The notes: generated by a model not told the origin, from the sequence alone. Shown: positions 45,443 to 56,120, counted from the first letter of the stretch. The stretch: DNA of 64,000 bases from Eubacteriales bacterium (GCA_045121195.1 JBGVFO010000044.1:3899-67898); one strand, 5' to 3'. A program made the numbers and translations.

Positions 45443-46180
45443 TCACTTTTTCTTGTTCTTTTTGCGAGACGGTTTTTGTTTTGTCTCGCTTTTTTCTTCC
45501 AACTTTTGCTGATAGCTTTCCCGAAGCTTGCGAACCTCCTCCGCCTTTTGCTCCCGCTCCTCGCGCAGGCGGTTGACAAAGGCGAAGCGCGAAGGGCGTA
45601 CCGCCATTTCGGTGTCGTCGGGAGCGCATATTTTTGCGTAGCAGGAAAACAGAAAGGCAAGAACGACCACGGGATAGAGAAGGCTGGCGAGAGCCGCGCC
45701 CAGTGTCAGAAGACGGAAGGCGTTACTGCTCTCAACGGTCGGGATGGTGCCAAGCACCGAAAGCGCCAGCTTCCAGACGCCCACAAGACAAACGACGATC
45801 ATACACCAGACCGCCCGCGGAGGAATCCCGTCCGCTTCCGCATCCTTGGCGATCTCCCGAATTCCAACCAAAAGAAGCACTTGAAACAGGGTGGAAAGCA
45901 CCACGGACAGGAGGGAGACCAAGAACACGTTTTGCTCAGAAAAGAGGGAGAGCGGGAGCGACGTGAGCGTGGCAAGCAGGTGTCCTGCGTCAAACAGTGC
46001 ACACAGGGACAGCAAAAAGAGGGGAACGGTGGTGTGGGAAAGACGGTGCTTATACTCCGAAAGCTTTCCAATGGCGGAAAACATAATGGCGTAGCCCACG
46101 ATTCGGAAGGCAAAGCCGTAATTGTTGACCGACATCAGAAAGGCGATGAAATATCCGATAAATAAAAGTCCGAAGCCCAT
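45443..46180 (-). CDS. hypothetical membrane protein (245 aa) with C-terminal Lys/Glu-rich tail
   Basis: About 6 hydrophobic segments, then RLREEREQKAEEVRKLRESYQQKLEEKSETKQKPSRKKNKKK. Starts 9 nt after the secA stop. Confidence 0.6.
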   Translation of the reverse strand: MGFGLLFIGYFIAFLMSVNNYGFAFRIVGYAIMFSAIGKLSEYKHRLSHTTVPLFLLSLCALFDAGHLLATLTSLPLSLFSEQNVFLVSLLSVVLSTLFQVLLLVGIREIAKDAEADGIPPRAVWCMIVVCLVGVWKLALSVLGTIPTVESSNAFRLLTLGAALASLLYPVVVLAFLFSCYAKICAPDDTEMAVRPSRFAFVNRLREEREQKAEEVRKLRESYQQKLEEKSETKQKPSRKKNKKK

Positions 46181-46189
46181 AGTTTCTCC

Positions 46190-48955
46190 TTACTGTTGGC
46201 TATCCTTAAGACCACAGCACTTTTTGTACTTTTTGCCGCTTCCGCAAGGGCAGAGAGCATTGCGGTCGATCTTCTCCGAAGCCTTTTTCACTACCGTTTT
46301 CTTCGCGATTGCGCCTTCAAAGCCCTCGGTGGTAGGGGTAGCTACCGCTACGCGCTTGGTCATCGCGGTTGCGGGAACTGCGGTGAGGACGTTGCGAACG
46401 GTGGTTTCACGAATCTCATCCACCATCGCGTCGAACATATCCGAACCCTGAATGCGGTATTCAATGGCAGGATTTCTCTGGGCGTAGGAGTGCAGATTGA
46501 TAGAGGACTTCAGATCGTCCATCATATCGATATGCTCCATCCAGTTGACGTCGACGGCGCGAAGGAGGATAGATCTTTCCACCTCGCGGAAGATCTCCTC
46601 GCCAAACAGCGCGGGCTTGCCTTCGTAAAGCTCGATCGCCCTGTCGCACAACAGGTCGCGAAGCTCGGTTCGGTCGAGAGTCTTGAGCTCCTCGGGGGTA
46701 TATACAAAATCCTCCTCGGTGCAGAGAAGCCCCTTGTATTTGTCGCGAATTCCGTCGAGATTCCAGTTTTGGGGATCCTCGTCGACGGTGAATTGCTCCA
46801 CCGCCATAGAAATGGTGGTGATGATCATATTGCGGATCTTTTCGGAAATGTCCTCGCCGTCCAGCACCTCGCGTCTTTGCTTGTAGATGATGGTTCGTTG
46901 CTGATTCATCACGTCATCGTAGGTCAGCACGTTCTTACGGCGCTTGAAGTTGTTGTCCTCGATCTGCTTCTGCGCGCTTTCAATGGAATTGGAAAGAATG
47001 CGAGCGTCGATTTGGGTATCTTCCTCAAGACCGAGGCGCTCCACGATCTTCACGATGCGCTCGCTTCCAAAGAGGCGCATCAGATCGTCCTCAAAGGAAA
47101 GATAGAATCGGGATTCACCGGGGTCACCCTGGCGTCCCGAACGACCGCGGAGCTGATTGTCGATACGTCGGCTTTCGTGACGCTCGGTTCCGAGAATGAA
47201 CAGACCGCCCGCTTTGCGGACCGCCTCTGCCTCGGGCGCGATTTCCGCCTTGAATTTTTCATACAGCTCGCGGAAGATCCTGCGTGCGTTTTGTACGTTT
47301 TCGTCGTCGATCTCCGCCGTTCCCGTCGCCATCGCGATCAGATCCTCGTCGATCTCCATCTTCCGCATTTCCTTTTTTGCCATATGCTCGGGATTGCCGC
47401 CCAACATAATATCGGTTCCGCGCCCCGCCATATTGGTGGAAATGGTGACCGCGCCAAGCTTACCTGCCTGTGCGACGATCTCCGCCTCCTTCTCGTGATG
47501 CTTGGCGTTGAGGACCGCGTGGGGAATCTTGTGATCCTTGAGGGCTTTGGAGAGCTCTTCGGATTTTTCAATGGATACGGTACCCACAAGAACAGGCTGT
47601 CCTTTTTTATGGCAAGCGATGACCTGCTGGATGATGGCGTTATACTTGCCCTTTACGTTCTTGTAAACGGCATCCTCGTGGTCCTTGCGGATCATAGGCT
47701 TGTTTGTGGGGATCTCGATCACGTCAAGGTGATAGATGTCCTGGAATTCCGCCTCCTCGGTCAGCGCCGTTCCCGTCATGCCCGAAAGCTTTTCGTACAT
47801 ACGGAAGTAGTTCTGGAAGGTGATCGTCGCCAGGGTCTTGTTTTCCTTTTCGATCTTGACGTGCTCTTTTGCCTCGATCGCCTGATGCAGACCGTTGGAG
47901 TAACGGCGTCCCGGCATCAGACGGCCCGTGAAGGAATCAACGATCATGACACCGTTTTCGTTCACCACGTAATCTACGTCCCGATGCATAATACCGTGAG
48001 CGCGGATCGCTTGATTGATGTGGTGCGCCAGCTCTGCGTTTTCTGCCTCGGTAAGGGCGGATCTGCTCTCGTCGTCAAAGGTATCAAGATTGAAGAATTT
48101 TTCTGCCTTTTTTGTGCCGCGGGGGGTGAGGGTCACGTTCCGTGCCTTCTCATCCACGATGTAGTCCGCGTCGATATTGTCAACCTCTTCTTTGCTATCG
48201 GATTCTTTGATAACAAGCTTTTTCAGCGTGCGGACAAAGGCGTCTGCACGGTCGTAGAGATCGGTTGCCTTTTCACCTGCACCTGAAATAATAAGGGGGG
48301 TGCGTGCTTCGTCGATAAGGATCGAGTCCACCTCGTCCACGATGGCGTATACATGTCCGCGCTGTACGATGCGCTCGCGGTAAAGTGCCATATTGTCGCG
48401 CAGATAGTCAAAGCCGAACTCGTTATTGGTTCCGTAGGTGATATCCGCGTCGTATGCTTCGTGCTTTTCCTTTTGGCTCTGTCCGTGCACGACAAGTCCT
48501 GTCTTGAGTCCCATAAAGGCGTAGACCCGTCCCATTTCCTCACTGTCGCGGCGAGCGAGATAGTCGTTTACCGTGACGATGTGGACACCGCGCCCCGTTA
48601 AGGCGTTGAGGTAGGCGGGCATGGTTGCAACCAAGGTCTTACCCTCACCGGTCTTCATTTCCGCGATCCTGCCTTGATGCAGAATAATACCGCCGATCAG
48701 CTGGACGCGGAAGGGACGCTTCCCTAAGATTCTGTCGTCCGCCTCACGAACGGCGGCGAAGGCGTCTGGCAAAATATCATCCAGCGTCTCGCCTGCCGCA
48801 AGGCGGTCCTTGAGGAGAGACGTAGTCGCAGCAAGCTGCTCGTTGGTCATAGCGTTATATTTGTCGGCAAGTGCTTCGATCGCGTCGACCGTGGCGCGGA
48901 TCTTCTTCAGTTGCTTTTCACTGTACGTGCCGAAGAGTTTTGTTGCAAGTCCCAT
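46190..48955 (-). CDS. secA: preprotein translocase ATPase SecA
   Basis: DEAD-like motor motifs (MKTGEGKTL, DEVDSILIDEARTPLIISG, TNMAGRGTDI) and a C-terminal Zn finger CPCGSGKKYKKCCG. ATG 48955 (MGLATKLFG) preferred on SD spacing. Confidence 0.95.
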   Translation of the reverse strand: MGLATKLFGTYSEKQLKKIRATVDAIEALADKYNAMTNEQLAATTSLLKDRLAAGETLDDILPDAFAAVREADDRILGKRPFRVQLIGGIILHQGRIAEMKTGEGKTLVATMPAYLNALTGRGVHIVTVNDYLARRDSEEMGRVYAFMGLKTGLVVHGQSQKEKHEAYDADITYGTNNEFGFDYLRDNMALYRERIVQRGHVYAIVDEVDSILIDEARTPLIISGAGEKATDLYDRADAFVRTLKKLVIKESDSKEEVDNIDADYIVDEKARNVTLTPRGTKKAEKFFNLDTFDDESRSALTEAENAELAHHINQAIRAHGIMHRDVDYVVNENGVMIVDSFTGRLMPGRRYSNGLHQAIEAKEHVKIEKENKTLATITFQNYFRMYEKLSGMTGTALTEEAEFQDIYHLDVIEIPTNKPMIRKDHEDAVYKNVKGKYNAIIQQVIACHKKGQPVLVGTVSIEKSEELSKALKDHKIPHAVLNAKHHEKEAEIVAQAGKLGAVTISTNMAGRGTDIMLGGNPEHMAKKEMRKMEIDEDLIAMATGTAEIDDENVQNARRIFRELYEKFKAEIAPEAEAVRKAGGLFILGTERHESRRIDNQLRGRSGRQGDPGESRFYLSFEDDLMRLFGSERIVKIVERLGLEEDTQIDARILSNSIESAQKQIEDNNFKRRKNVLTYDDVMNQQRTIIYKQRREVLDGEDISEKIRNMIITTISMAVEQFTVDEDPQNWNLDGIRDKYKGLLCTEEDFVYTPEELKTLDRTELRDLLCDRAIELYEGKPALFGEEIFREVERSILLRAVDVNWMEHIDMMDDLKSSINLHSYAQRNPAIEYRIQGSDMFDAMVDEIRETTVRNVLTAVPATAMTKRVAVATPTTEGFEGAIAKKTVVKKASEKIDRNALCPCGSGKKYKKCCGLKDSQQ

Positions 48956-49119
48956 TTTGATTTCCTTTCTCATGAGGCGTTGTTACCTCTTATTATACTA
49001 CATTATTGATAATAAAGAAATAGATATTTGTAAATTTTATTGAATTCTTTCAAAATTCTCTTGAAAAGCGCCCCGAAAAATAATATAATAGAGGGGACAC
49101 CCGAAAAGGAGGGAAGGAC

Positions 49120-49629
49120 ATGACGAAACTTCATATTATTCTTCACGAACCGGAGATCCCTCAGAATACGGGGAACATTGCGAGAACCTGCGCGGCGACG
49201 GGGGCATCGTTGCACATTATCCGCCCCATGGGCTTTGAGATCGACGATAAAAAGCTGAAGCGCGCCGGACTTGACTATTGGCATCAGCTTGACATTACCT
49301 ATTATGACGATTTCGCGGATTTTTGCGCCAAGCATCCCGACGCGTCCATCTACTATTTTTCCACCAAAGCGCCCCGCGCTTACACAGAGATCCGTTATTG
49401 CGAAAGCGACGTCTTTTTGATGTTCGGTAAGGAGACCCGCGGGCTTCCCGAAGAGCTTCTTTACGCCAATCCCGACCGATGTGTTCGCATCCCTATGCGG
49501 GACAAGCTCAGAAGCCTGAATCTGTCCAACTCCGTGGCGATCGCCGTTTACGAGGTGCTTCGACAGCAGGACTTCGAGGGGCTTCGCGAGGACGGGGAAT
49601 TGACTCAATTTTCCTGGAGCGAGGGCTAA
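49120..49629 (+). CDS. trmL: tRNA (cytidine/uridine34-2'-O)-methyltransferase (SpoU/TrmL)
   Basis: 169 aa. LHEPEIPQNTGNIARTC ... GKETRGLP ... IPM ... RSLNLSNSVAI. Confidence 0.85.
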   Translation: MTKLHIILHEPEIPQNTGNIARTCAATGASLHIIRPMGFEIDDKKLKRAGLDYWHQLDITYYDDFADFCAKHPDASIYYFSTKAPRAYTEIRYCESDVFLMFGKETRGLPEELLYANPDRCVRIPMRDKLRSLNLSNSVAIAVYEVLRQQDFEGLREDGELTQFSWSEG

Positions 49630-49632
49630 CGG

Positions 49633-50667
49633 ATGAAGAAGGTTATGTTAGGAATGAGCGGAGGCGTTGACAGTACCGTCGCCGCTTATCTTGTTAAAAA
49701 AGAAGGATACGAGGTCGTGGGCGTGACCCTTTCTCTGTACCCGGAGAACGGTCTTGCCGAGGCGGAGGAGGCGCGTCGCGTTGCGGCGGCAATGGGGATC
49801 GCCCACGAAACGGTGGATCTTTCCGCGCCCTTTCACAAAGAGGTGATCGAACGCTTTATTTGCGCGTATCAGGCAGGAGCAACCCCCAATCCGTGCATCG
49901 ATTGCAATCGCTATATCAAATTTGGCGAGATGCTTCGTTATGCGGAGGAAAGAGCGGCTGATCTCGTGGGAACGGGACATTACGCAAGAATCGAGCGGGA
50001 TGCGAACGGCAGATATCTGCTCAAGCGCGCCGTGGATATTACCAAGGACCAGACCTACGTTCTGTATTCTCTCAATCAGCAACAGCTTGCCCATACCCTG
50101 CTTCCTCTTGGCGGATACCGCAAGAGTGAGATCCGCGAGATCGCGGAGGCGGAGGGATTTATCAACGCGAGAAAGCACGACAGTCAGGATATCTGCTTCG
50201 TGCCCGATGGAGATTATGCGTCCTTTATTGAGAGGTACACGGGCAAAACCTTTGCGGAGGGAGACTTTGTTGACAAGAACGGCGTCGTTCTCGGTCGGCA
50301 TCGCGGTATGATCCGCTATACCGTGGGACAGCGCAAGGGTCTTGGGATCGCGTTGGGTAAGCCCGCCTTCGTCTGTGCGAAATGCGCGGCGACCAACACC
50401 GTGACCCTCGGAGAGAACGCCGACCTGTTTTCAAAGGACTTGACGGCACATGACGTCAATCTGATCGCCTGCGATTCCATCCCCACGCCGATCCGCGTGA
50501 CGGCAAAGATCCGATACGGACAAAACGAAACGCCCGCCACGGTGGAGCAGATCGGGGAAGGGCGCATCCACGTAGAATTTGATACGCCCCAAAGAGCGAT
50601 CGCCAAGGGACAGTCGGTGGTGCTTTATGACGGCGATACCGTCGTAGGAGGCGGTATTATAGAATGA
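49633..50667 (+). CDS. mnmA: tRNA 2-thiouridine(34) synthase
   Basis: 344 aa. MSGGVDSTVAAYL PP-loop, NPCIDCN, KDQTYVL. Confidence 0.9.
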   Translation: MKKVMLGMSGGVDSTVAAYLVKKEGYEVVGVTLSLYPENGLAEAEEARRVAAAMGIAHETVDLSAPFHKEVIERFICAYQAGATPNPCIDCNRYIKFGEMLRYAEERAADLVGTGHYARIERDANGRYLLKRAVDITKDQTYVLYSLNQQQLAHTLLPLGGYRKSEIREIAEAEGFINARKHDSQDICFVPDGDYASFIERYTGKTFAEGDFVDKNGVVLGRHRGMIRYTVGQRKGLGIALGKPAFVCAKCAATNTVTLGENADLFSKDLTAHDVNLIACDSIPTPIRVTAKIRYGQNETPATVEQIGEGRIHVEFDTPQRAIAKGQSVVLYDGDTVVGGGIIE

Positions 50668-50685
50668 AAAGAAAAGGAAAAAGCA

Positions 50686-53085
50686 ATGACACTTGAACAA
50701 CGGTATATCAGCGTCAAACGGGCGCTTTTCGATAAAGCTTACAAAAATCTCAACGATATGCAGCGACAGGCGGTGTTCACCGTCAACGATCCGCTTTTGA
50801 TCATTGCGGGGGCGGGAAGCGGAAAGACCACCGTGCTCGTCCGCAGGATCGCCTTCATCATTAAATACGGAAACGCCTACATGAGCGAGGCGGTTCCTTT
50901 CGGAATTGACGAAACGCACGTAAAGGAGTTGGAGGAGGCGCTTGTCTCGCCTCTCGGCTTCGACGAGAAGCTGCTGGAGGGCTTTGCCTCCGATCCCTGT
51001 CCGCCGTGGCGTATGCTTGCCATCACCTTCACCAATAAGGCGGCGCGGGAGATCAAGGAGCGCTTGACCAAGGAGATCGGCGATCCCGATGTGTCCAAGG
51101 AGATATGGGCAGGCACCTTCCACTCGATCTGTATGCGGATCCTCCGCATCTACGGAGAGAAGGTGGGTTACCGTCCCGGCTTCTCTATTTACGATACCGA
51201 GGACTCCAAAAAAGCGGTTGCCTCGGCAATGAAGGCGCTGAACATCGATGATAAGGCGTTCCCCCTCAAGAGCGTGGTGAACGTGATCAGCGATGCCAAA
51301 AACCGCCTGATGACACCCGAGATGCTGGCAGAGGATGGCGCAAAGGACTTCCGAATCAGCAAGATCGCCAAGATCTATCAGCGCTATCAGGACGAAATGA
51401 TGAAGTCCAACGTTCTGGACTTTGACGACATCATTATGAAAACGGTGGAGCTGCTCAAAAAGCACGAGGACGTGCGGACCTATTATCAGAACCGCTTCCG
51501 CTACGTCTGCGTGGACGAGTATCAGGACACCAACACCGCACAGTTCGTGTTGACCGCCCTTTTGGCAGGTGGTTACCGCAACCTTATGGTAGTCGGTGAC
51601 GACGACCAGAGCATCTATAAGTTCCGCGGCGCTACCATAGAAAATATTCTGAACTTTGACCGCACCTTCAAGGGAGCCGCGGTTATCAAGCTGGAGCAGA
51701 ATTACCGTTCTACGCAGACCATTCTCGACGCGGCAAACGCCGTGATCGCCCACAACCTCGGACGGAGAGGAAAGAATCTTTGGACGAACGCGGGCGAGGG
51801 TGAAAAGATCCTTGTCAAAAAGGTGGACGATCAGAACGCGGAATCCCGCTTTATCGTAGACCGCATCCACGCGATGGTGGCGGCAAAGACGGCGGAATAT
51901 CGGGATTTCGCGGTGCTTTACCGCAACAACGCGCAGTCGGGTACCATCGAGCGTACCTTTGTAAAAAGCGGCATTCCTTACCGCATGCTTGGGGGAACGC
52001 GCTTCAACGAGCGTAAGGAAATACGGGATATCGTAGCCTACCTGCATCTGATCGAGAACCACAATGACCGCGAGCGACTTCTCCGTATCATCAATGAGCC
52101 CAAGCGAAAGATCGGCGACGTTACCCTTGCCGCCGTATCGGAGCTTGCCGCGACGGAGGGGGTCACGATGTTTGAGATCCTTGAGCACGCCGACCGCTAT
52201 CCCGCCCTCAAATCCTCCGCACCCCGTCTTATGGAGTTCGCGAATCTGATCAACTATCTGTCGGGCTTGCTTGGGGACGTTTCTTTGGAGACCCTCGTGC
52301 GGGAGACCCTTGACCGCTCGGGATACCGCCAGATGCTGATCGACGGCGGAGAGCCCGAGAAGGACCGCCTTGATAACATCGAGGAATTTGTGTCCAGCGT
52401 CATTGAGTATGAGCGCGCTATGGCGGAGGAACGCCCCGATGAGGCACCTACACTGACCGGCTTCCTTGAGGAAACCGCTTTGGTCGCCGACGTGGATAAA
52501 TACGACGAATCGGCAGACGCCGTCGTGATGATGACGGTACATAGCGCCAAGGGACTTGAATTTCCCATCGTCTTTTTGCCCGGTATGGAGGACGGGATCT
52601 TCCCCGGCTCTCAGGCGGTGATGGAGGGAGATAGCGAGATCGAGGAGGAGCGCCGTCTGGCGTACGTGGCGATCACGAGAGCCAAGCGAGAGCTTTGCAT
52701 CTCGTATGCCAACTGTCGCTTGCTTTACGGCAGGACGCAGTACAATCCGCCCTCTCGCTTTATCAAGGAGATTCCCGAGGCTTTAGTCAATAATCCCACA
52801 AAGGAACGTCGCCCGTATACGTCGGGAACGACGACCTCCTTCAGCGGCTTTTCTCCTCGGAGAGAAACACTCACCGTGGGCACAACGCCCGCCGTTCCCC
52901 GACCCGCAAGCGCTACGAGGGAGCGGTTCGCGGAGGGAGATCGGGTCTTGCATCCCACATTTGGAGAGGGCGATATTCTGTCCGCCAAGCAGCTTGGTGC
53001 TGATGTTCTGTACGAGATCGCTTTCGACCGCGCGGGGACCAAAAAGCTGATGGCAACCTTTGCCAAGCTGAAAAAGATCAACTGA
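50686..53085 (+). CDS. pcrA: ATP-dependent DNA helicase PcrA (UvrD/Rep family)
   Basis: 799 aa. AGAGSGKTTVL, VDEYQDTN, QNYRST, MTVHSAKGLEF, and the C-terminal Tudor-like HPTFGEG. Confidence 0.9.
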   Translation: MTLEQRYISVKRALFDKAYKNLNDMQRQAVFTVNDPLLIIAGAGSGKTTVLVRRIAFIIKYGNAYMSEAVPFGIDETHVKELEEALVSPLGFDEKLLEGFASDPCPPWRMLAITFTNKAAREIKERLTKEIGDPDVSKEIWAGTFHSICMRILRIYGEKVGYRPGFSIYDTEDSKKAVASAMKALNIDDKAFPLKSVVNVISDAKNRLMTPEMLAEDGAKDFRISKIAKIYQRYQDEMMKSNVLDFDDIIMKTVELLKKHEDVRTYYQNRFRYVCVDEYQDTNTAQFVLTALLAGGYRNLMVVGDDDQSIYKFRGATIENILNFDRTFKGAAVIKLEQNYRSTQTILDAANAVIAHNLGRRGKNLWTNAGEGEKILVKKVDDQNAESRFIVDRIHAMVAAKTAEYRDFAVLYRNNAQSGTIERTFVKSGIPYRMLGGTRFNERKEIRDIVAYLHLIENHNDRERLLRIINEPKRKIGDVTLAAVSELAATEGVTMFEILEHADRYPALKSSAPRLMEFANLINYLSGLLGDVSLETLVRETLDRSGYRQMLIDGGEPEKDRLDNIEEFVSSVIEYERAMAEERPDEAPTLTGFLEETALVADVDKYDESADAVVMMTVHSAKGLEFPIVFLPGMEDGIFPGSQAVMEGDSEIEEERRLAYVAITRAKRELCISYANCRLLYGRTQYNPPSRFIKEIPEALVNNPTKERRPYTSGTTTSFSGFSPRRETLTVGTTPAVPRPASATRERFAEGDRVLHPTFGEGDILSAKQLGADVLYEIAFDRAGTKKLMATFAKLKKIN

Positions 53086-53097
53086 CGGAGGTTCGTT

Positions 53098-53985
53098 ATG
53101 CGAGAATATCTCTCTTGGTTTTTCAAGGAGTTTGCCTATGCGGACGAGGCAGCCGCCGCTTTGAGGGCGGGATACGACGGCGTTTATGAAAATCCCGAGG
53201 CTGCCCGGATCTTTGACGGGATCCTTGCCGCATACAGGCAGGATTATTCCTGCGATTACAAGGCTCTCCTCTTGGACTGCGATAAGGCGGCGGCGCTTTG
53301 CGGCGTTCATTCTTATACCGTCCGCTTGCTTGCCTTTATCTGTATGAGCCGTCGCCTTCGGGAGCTGTATTGCGAGAAGGGATTTGACCTTGCCGTGTGG
53401 CACAACAGTATGCTGGATCTTAAATATAAGCTGATCGAGTGTAAGATGATTAAGGGAATTTACGGCTCCTTCGTGGCAAGCTGGTTCGACCGCTTCTTCA
53501 ATATGACGCGGTTTGCGCTTGGCAGATTGCAGTTTGAGGTGGTGCCATTCAAGCACGTCTATGAGAAGGACGGCAAGCGGCTTGCCCCCGATTCACCCGT
53601 TATCAACGTGCATATCCCCAGAACCGAAACCCCTCTGGACAGACAGAGCTGTCTTGACGCCTACGCTATGGCAAGGGCGTTTTTCAAGGATTCCTTTCAG
53701 GAAACGCCCATGGCGTTTGTGTGCGGATCCTGGCTGTTGTTTGAAAAGCTTCGCGAGCTTCTTCCCGAAACGGCGAACATCATTCGCTTTATGAATGATT
53801 ACGATGTTATTGAAACAACCTACGCCAAGGAGGGAGATTACGCCGGCATTTGGACGATCTTCGGAATGGATTGCCCCGAGGAGCTGGACGAGCTTCCCGA
53901 GGATTCCACCCTGAGAAGGAGATACAAGGCGTACCTCAAGGACGGAGGCTGTCACGGTCGCGGCTTTGGCGTCTTCTTTGCATAG
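53098..53985 (+). CDS. conserved hypothetical protein (possibly the acyltransferase-like DUF5596/GNAT-like family)
   Basis: 295-aa ORF with RBS GACGGAGG. Family assignment is from memory of similar sequences only. Confidence 0.45.
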   Translation: MREYLSWFFKEFAYADEAAAALRAGYDGVYENPEAARIFDGILAAYRQDYSCDYKALLLDCDKAAALCGVHSYTVRLLAFICMSRRLRELYCEKGFDLAVWHNSMLDLKYKLIECKMIKGIYGSFVASWFDRFFNMTRFALGRLQFEVVPFKHVYEKDGKRLAPDSPVINVHIPRTETPLDRQSCLDAYAMARAFFKDSFQETPMAFVCGSWLLFEKLRELLPETANIIRFMNDYDVIETTYAKEGDYAGIWTIFGMDCPEELDELPEDSTLRRRYKAYLKDGGCHGRGFGVFFA

Positions 53986-54016
53986 AAAAAAGCTGTCCTT
54001 GGGACAGCTTTTTTTA
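53985..54016. terminator. bidirectional intrinsic terminator
   Basis: A-run, then AGCTGTCC-ttg-GGACAGCT, then a T-run. Confidence 0.75.
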
Positions 54017-54973
54017 TCAGAATACCGTTTCGATCAGCTTCGACGAGCATTCGGGGGAATATCGCCAGTATGACATATGGCGGCAGGTCTCTCCGTCAAC
54101 GAAATACCGCAAGGGCATTTTTCGGATCTCGCCGTGATAGCAATCAACGAGAACAAGCTTCACCTTCATTCGCTCGGGAATGATGTTCTTTATGTAGACC
54201 GCCGTGTATTGTCCGATCAGATGCTCGGGGGAGGAAATGCTTCCGTCAGTGCGAAGCTCGGCAAGTCCCGCAAGATTGGGAGCAAGCTCAACAAAAATTC
54301 CGTAGGGCTCCACGCTTCTTACAATGCCCGCCACCGTTTGTCCCATCTCAAACTCCGCGGCGTTTTGCTCCCAGGTGCCAAGCAGCTCGCGCATAGAAAC
54401 GAAGATCCGCTTGTTTTCCTGATCGACGGTCTTTACCGCGACCCAGACCGACTGTCCCACCGAAAGGCGGTCGCGCGGATGGGAGATGCGGGATACCGAG
54501 ATGCAATCGATGGAGAGCAGGGAAATGATGCCGCATCCGATGTCGACGAAGGCGCCAAAGGATTCCATATGGGTGATCTTCGCGGGAATAATATCCCCGC
54601 AGGTAAGGCGCGAGGTGAAGGCGAAGAAGCACTCGCGCTGTGCTTCCTTTCGCGAAAGACGGGCAACCGTCCGTCCGCCGATCTGCTCAAAGCCCAGCAC
54701 CTTAAAGCAAACGGGCTTTCCCACCCGCGTGATCACGGCAATATCCTTGGAGGGCTCACCGTCGGGAGAAAAGACGGCTTGATCTTTTTCAATAATGCCG
54801 TCGATTCCGTAAAGATCCACGTGAAGACGCATTTGATTGTCGCAAAGAAGAACGGGGGCTTCCAGGATCTTCCCCGTGGCCATCGCCTTTTCAAGGCCTG
54901 CGAGAGAGGAGAGTCCTTCGGTGTTTTCCGGGGTGCCGATGCGCGTCCCCTCAGGCGTGTACGTGTTTGACAT
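54017..54973 (-). CDS. S1 RNA-binding domain protein (tandem S1 domains)
   Basis: GDIIPAKITHMESFGAFVDIG and GQTVAGIVRSVEPYGIFVELA S1 signatures. ATG 54973 follows AAAGGAAAGGAA. Confidence 0.75.
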   Translation of the reverse strand: MSNTYTPEGTRIGTPENTEGLSSLAGLEKAMATGKILEAPVLLCDNQMRLHVDLYGIDGIIEKDQAVFSPDGEPSKDIAVITRVGKPVCFKVLGFEQIGGRTVARLSRKEAQRECFFAFTSRLTCGDIIPAKITHMESFGAFVDIGCGIISLLSIDCISVSRISHPRDRLSVGQSVWVAVKTVDQENKRIFVSMRELLGTWEQNAAEFEMGQTVAGIVRSVEPYGIFVELAPNLAGLAELRTDGSISSPEHLIGQYTAVYIKNIIPERMKVKLVLVDCYHGEIRKMPLRYFVDGETCRHMSYWRYSPECSSKLIETVF

Positions 54974-55157
54974 ACTTATGGATTCCTTTCCTTTTTTCGT
55001 GATTTCTGCTATCACTATATTGAAAAGGGGTAGAGAATATGCCAACAAAAAATGAGATGGCGAGGGAGATATAATGCCAAAAACGCGAGAAAATCGAAGA
55101 AAATAAGAGGTTGCAATGCGCTAAATTAAAATTTTCAAACTTTTTTTCAAAAAGGGG

Positions 55158-55186
55158 TTGACAAAGATAGAAACCCATGATATAAT
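55158..55186 (+). promoter_or_regulatory. rplM-rpsI promoter
   Basis: TTGACA (55158-63), 17-nt spacer, TG-a-TATAAT (55181-86). Confidence 0.6.
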
Positions 55187-55236
55187 GACCGAGTCAAATT
55201 GAAAAAGACTGTATTTTACAAAGGAGAAAAGCAAAA

Positions 55237-55665
55237 ATGTCCACATTTATGGCTAAGAAAGAAACCATTGAGCGCAAGTGGTACGTCATCGACGCTGCCG
55301 ATAAGCCTCTTGGTAAGACTGCTGTTGCGGCTGCAAACATCCTCCGCGGCAAGCATCGTCCCGAGTTCACCCCTCACGTTGATTGCGGCGAGTACGTGAT
55401 CATTATCAATGCAGAGAAGGCAGTTCTCACCGGCAAGAAGCTGGAGCAGAAGTACTATCGCCGTCATTCCGGTTATATCGGAGGACTTAAGGAAGTTCAG
55501 TACAAGACCCTTATGGCAACCAAGCCCGAGCTTGCTATGGAGCTTGCAGTAAAGGGAATGCTTCCTCACAACTCCATCGGCGCAAAGTCTGCAACCCGTC
55601 TTAAGGTATTTGCAGGCGCCGCTCACAACCACGACGCACAGAAGCCTGTTGCCGTCGAAGTATAA
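55237..55665 (+). CDS. rplM: 50S ribosomal protein L13
   Basis: 142 aa. [20 protein letters not shown] ... [14 protein letters not shown]. Confidence 0.95.
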   Translation: MSTFMAKKETIERKWYVIDAADKPLGKTAVAAANILRGKHRPEFTPHVDCGEYVIIINAEKAVLTGKKLEQKYYRRHSGYIGGLKEVQYKTLMATKPELAMELAVKGMLPHNSIGAKSATRLKVFAGAAHNHDAQKPVAVEV

Positions 55666-55687
55666 TTAGGAAAGGACGGACAAAGAA

Positions 55688-56089
55688 ATGTATACCAGTG
55701 CAAAGCCTTATTTCTACGGCACCGGCAGAAGAAAGAAGTCGGTTGCCCGTGTTCGCATCGTTCCCGGAACGGGCGTAATCACCATTAACGGCAGAGACGT
55801 TGACAACTACTTCGGTCTTGAGACCCTGAAGCTTATCGTAAACCAGCCCTTCGGCGTAACCGGTACTGCAGGCAAGTTCGATATCATCGCAACTGTTGCA
55901 GGCGGCGGTATCTCCGGTCAGGCAGGTGCTATCCGTCACGGTCTTGCAAGAGCTCTCGTTCAGTCTGATGAGGCTCTTAAGCCCGTACTCAAGGCTGCAG
56001 GCTTCCTTACCCGTGACCCCAGAATGAAGGAAAGAAAGAAGTACGGTCTCAAGGCTGCACGTCGTGCGCCTCAGTTCAGCAAGAGATGA
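55688..56089 (+). CDS. rpsI: 30S ribosomal protein S9
   Basis: 133 aa. [13 protein letters not shown] ... [19 protein letters not shown]. Confidence 0.95.
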   Translation: MYTSAKPYFYGTGRRKKSVARVRIVPGTGVITINGRDVDNYFGLETLKLIVNQPFGVTGTAGKFDIIATVAGGGISGQAGAIRHGLARALVQSDEALKPVLKAAGFLTRDPRMKERKKYGLKAARRAPQFSKR

Positions 56090-56120
56090 TCACAGCCTTA
56101 CGGCGATTATTTCAATATAC

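Noticed and set aside
46196-48286. 696-aa plus-strand ORF
   Set aside because: It is the antisense shadow of secA.
50431-52542. 703-aa minus-strand ORF
   Set aside because: It is the antisense shadow of pcrA (and the mnmA 3' end).
55187-55236. rplM 5' leader examined for an L13-type autoregulatory structure
   Set aside because: Only a 4-bp stem could be drawn, which is insufficient evidence.
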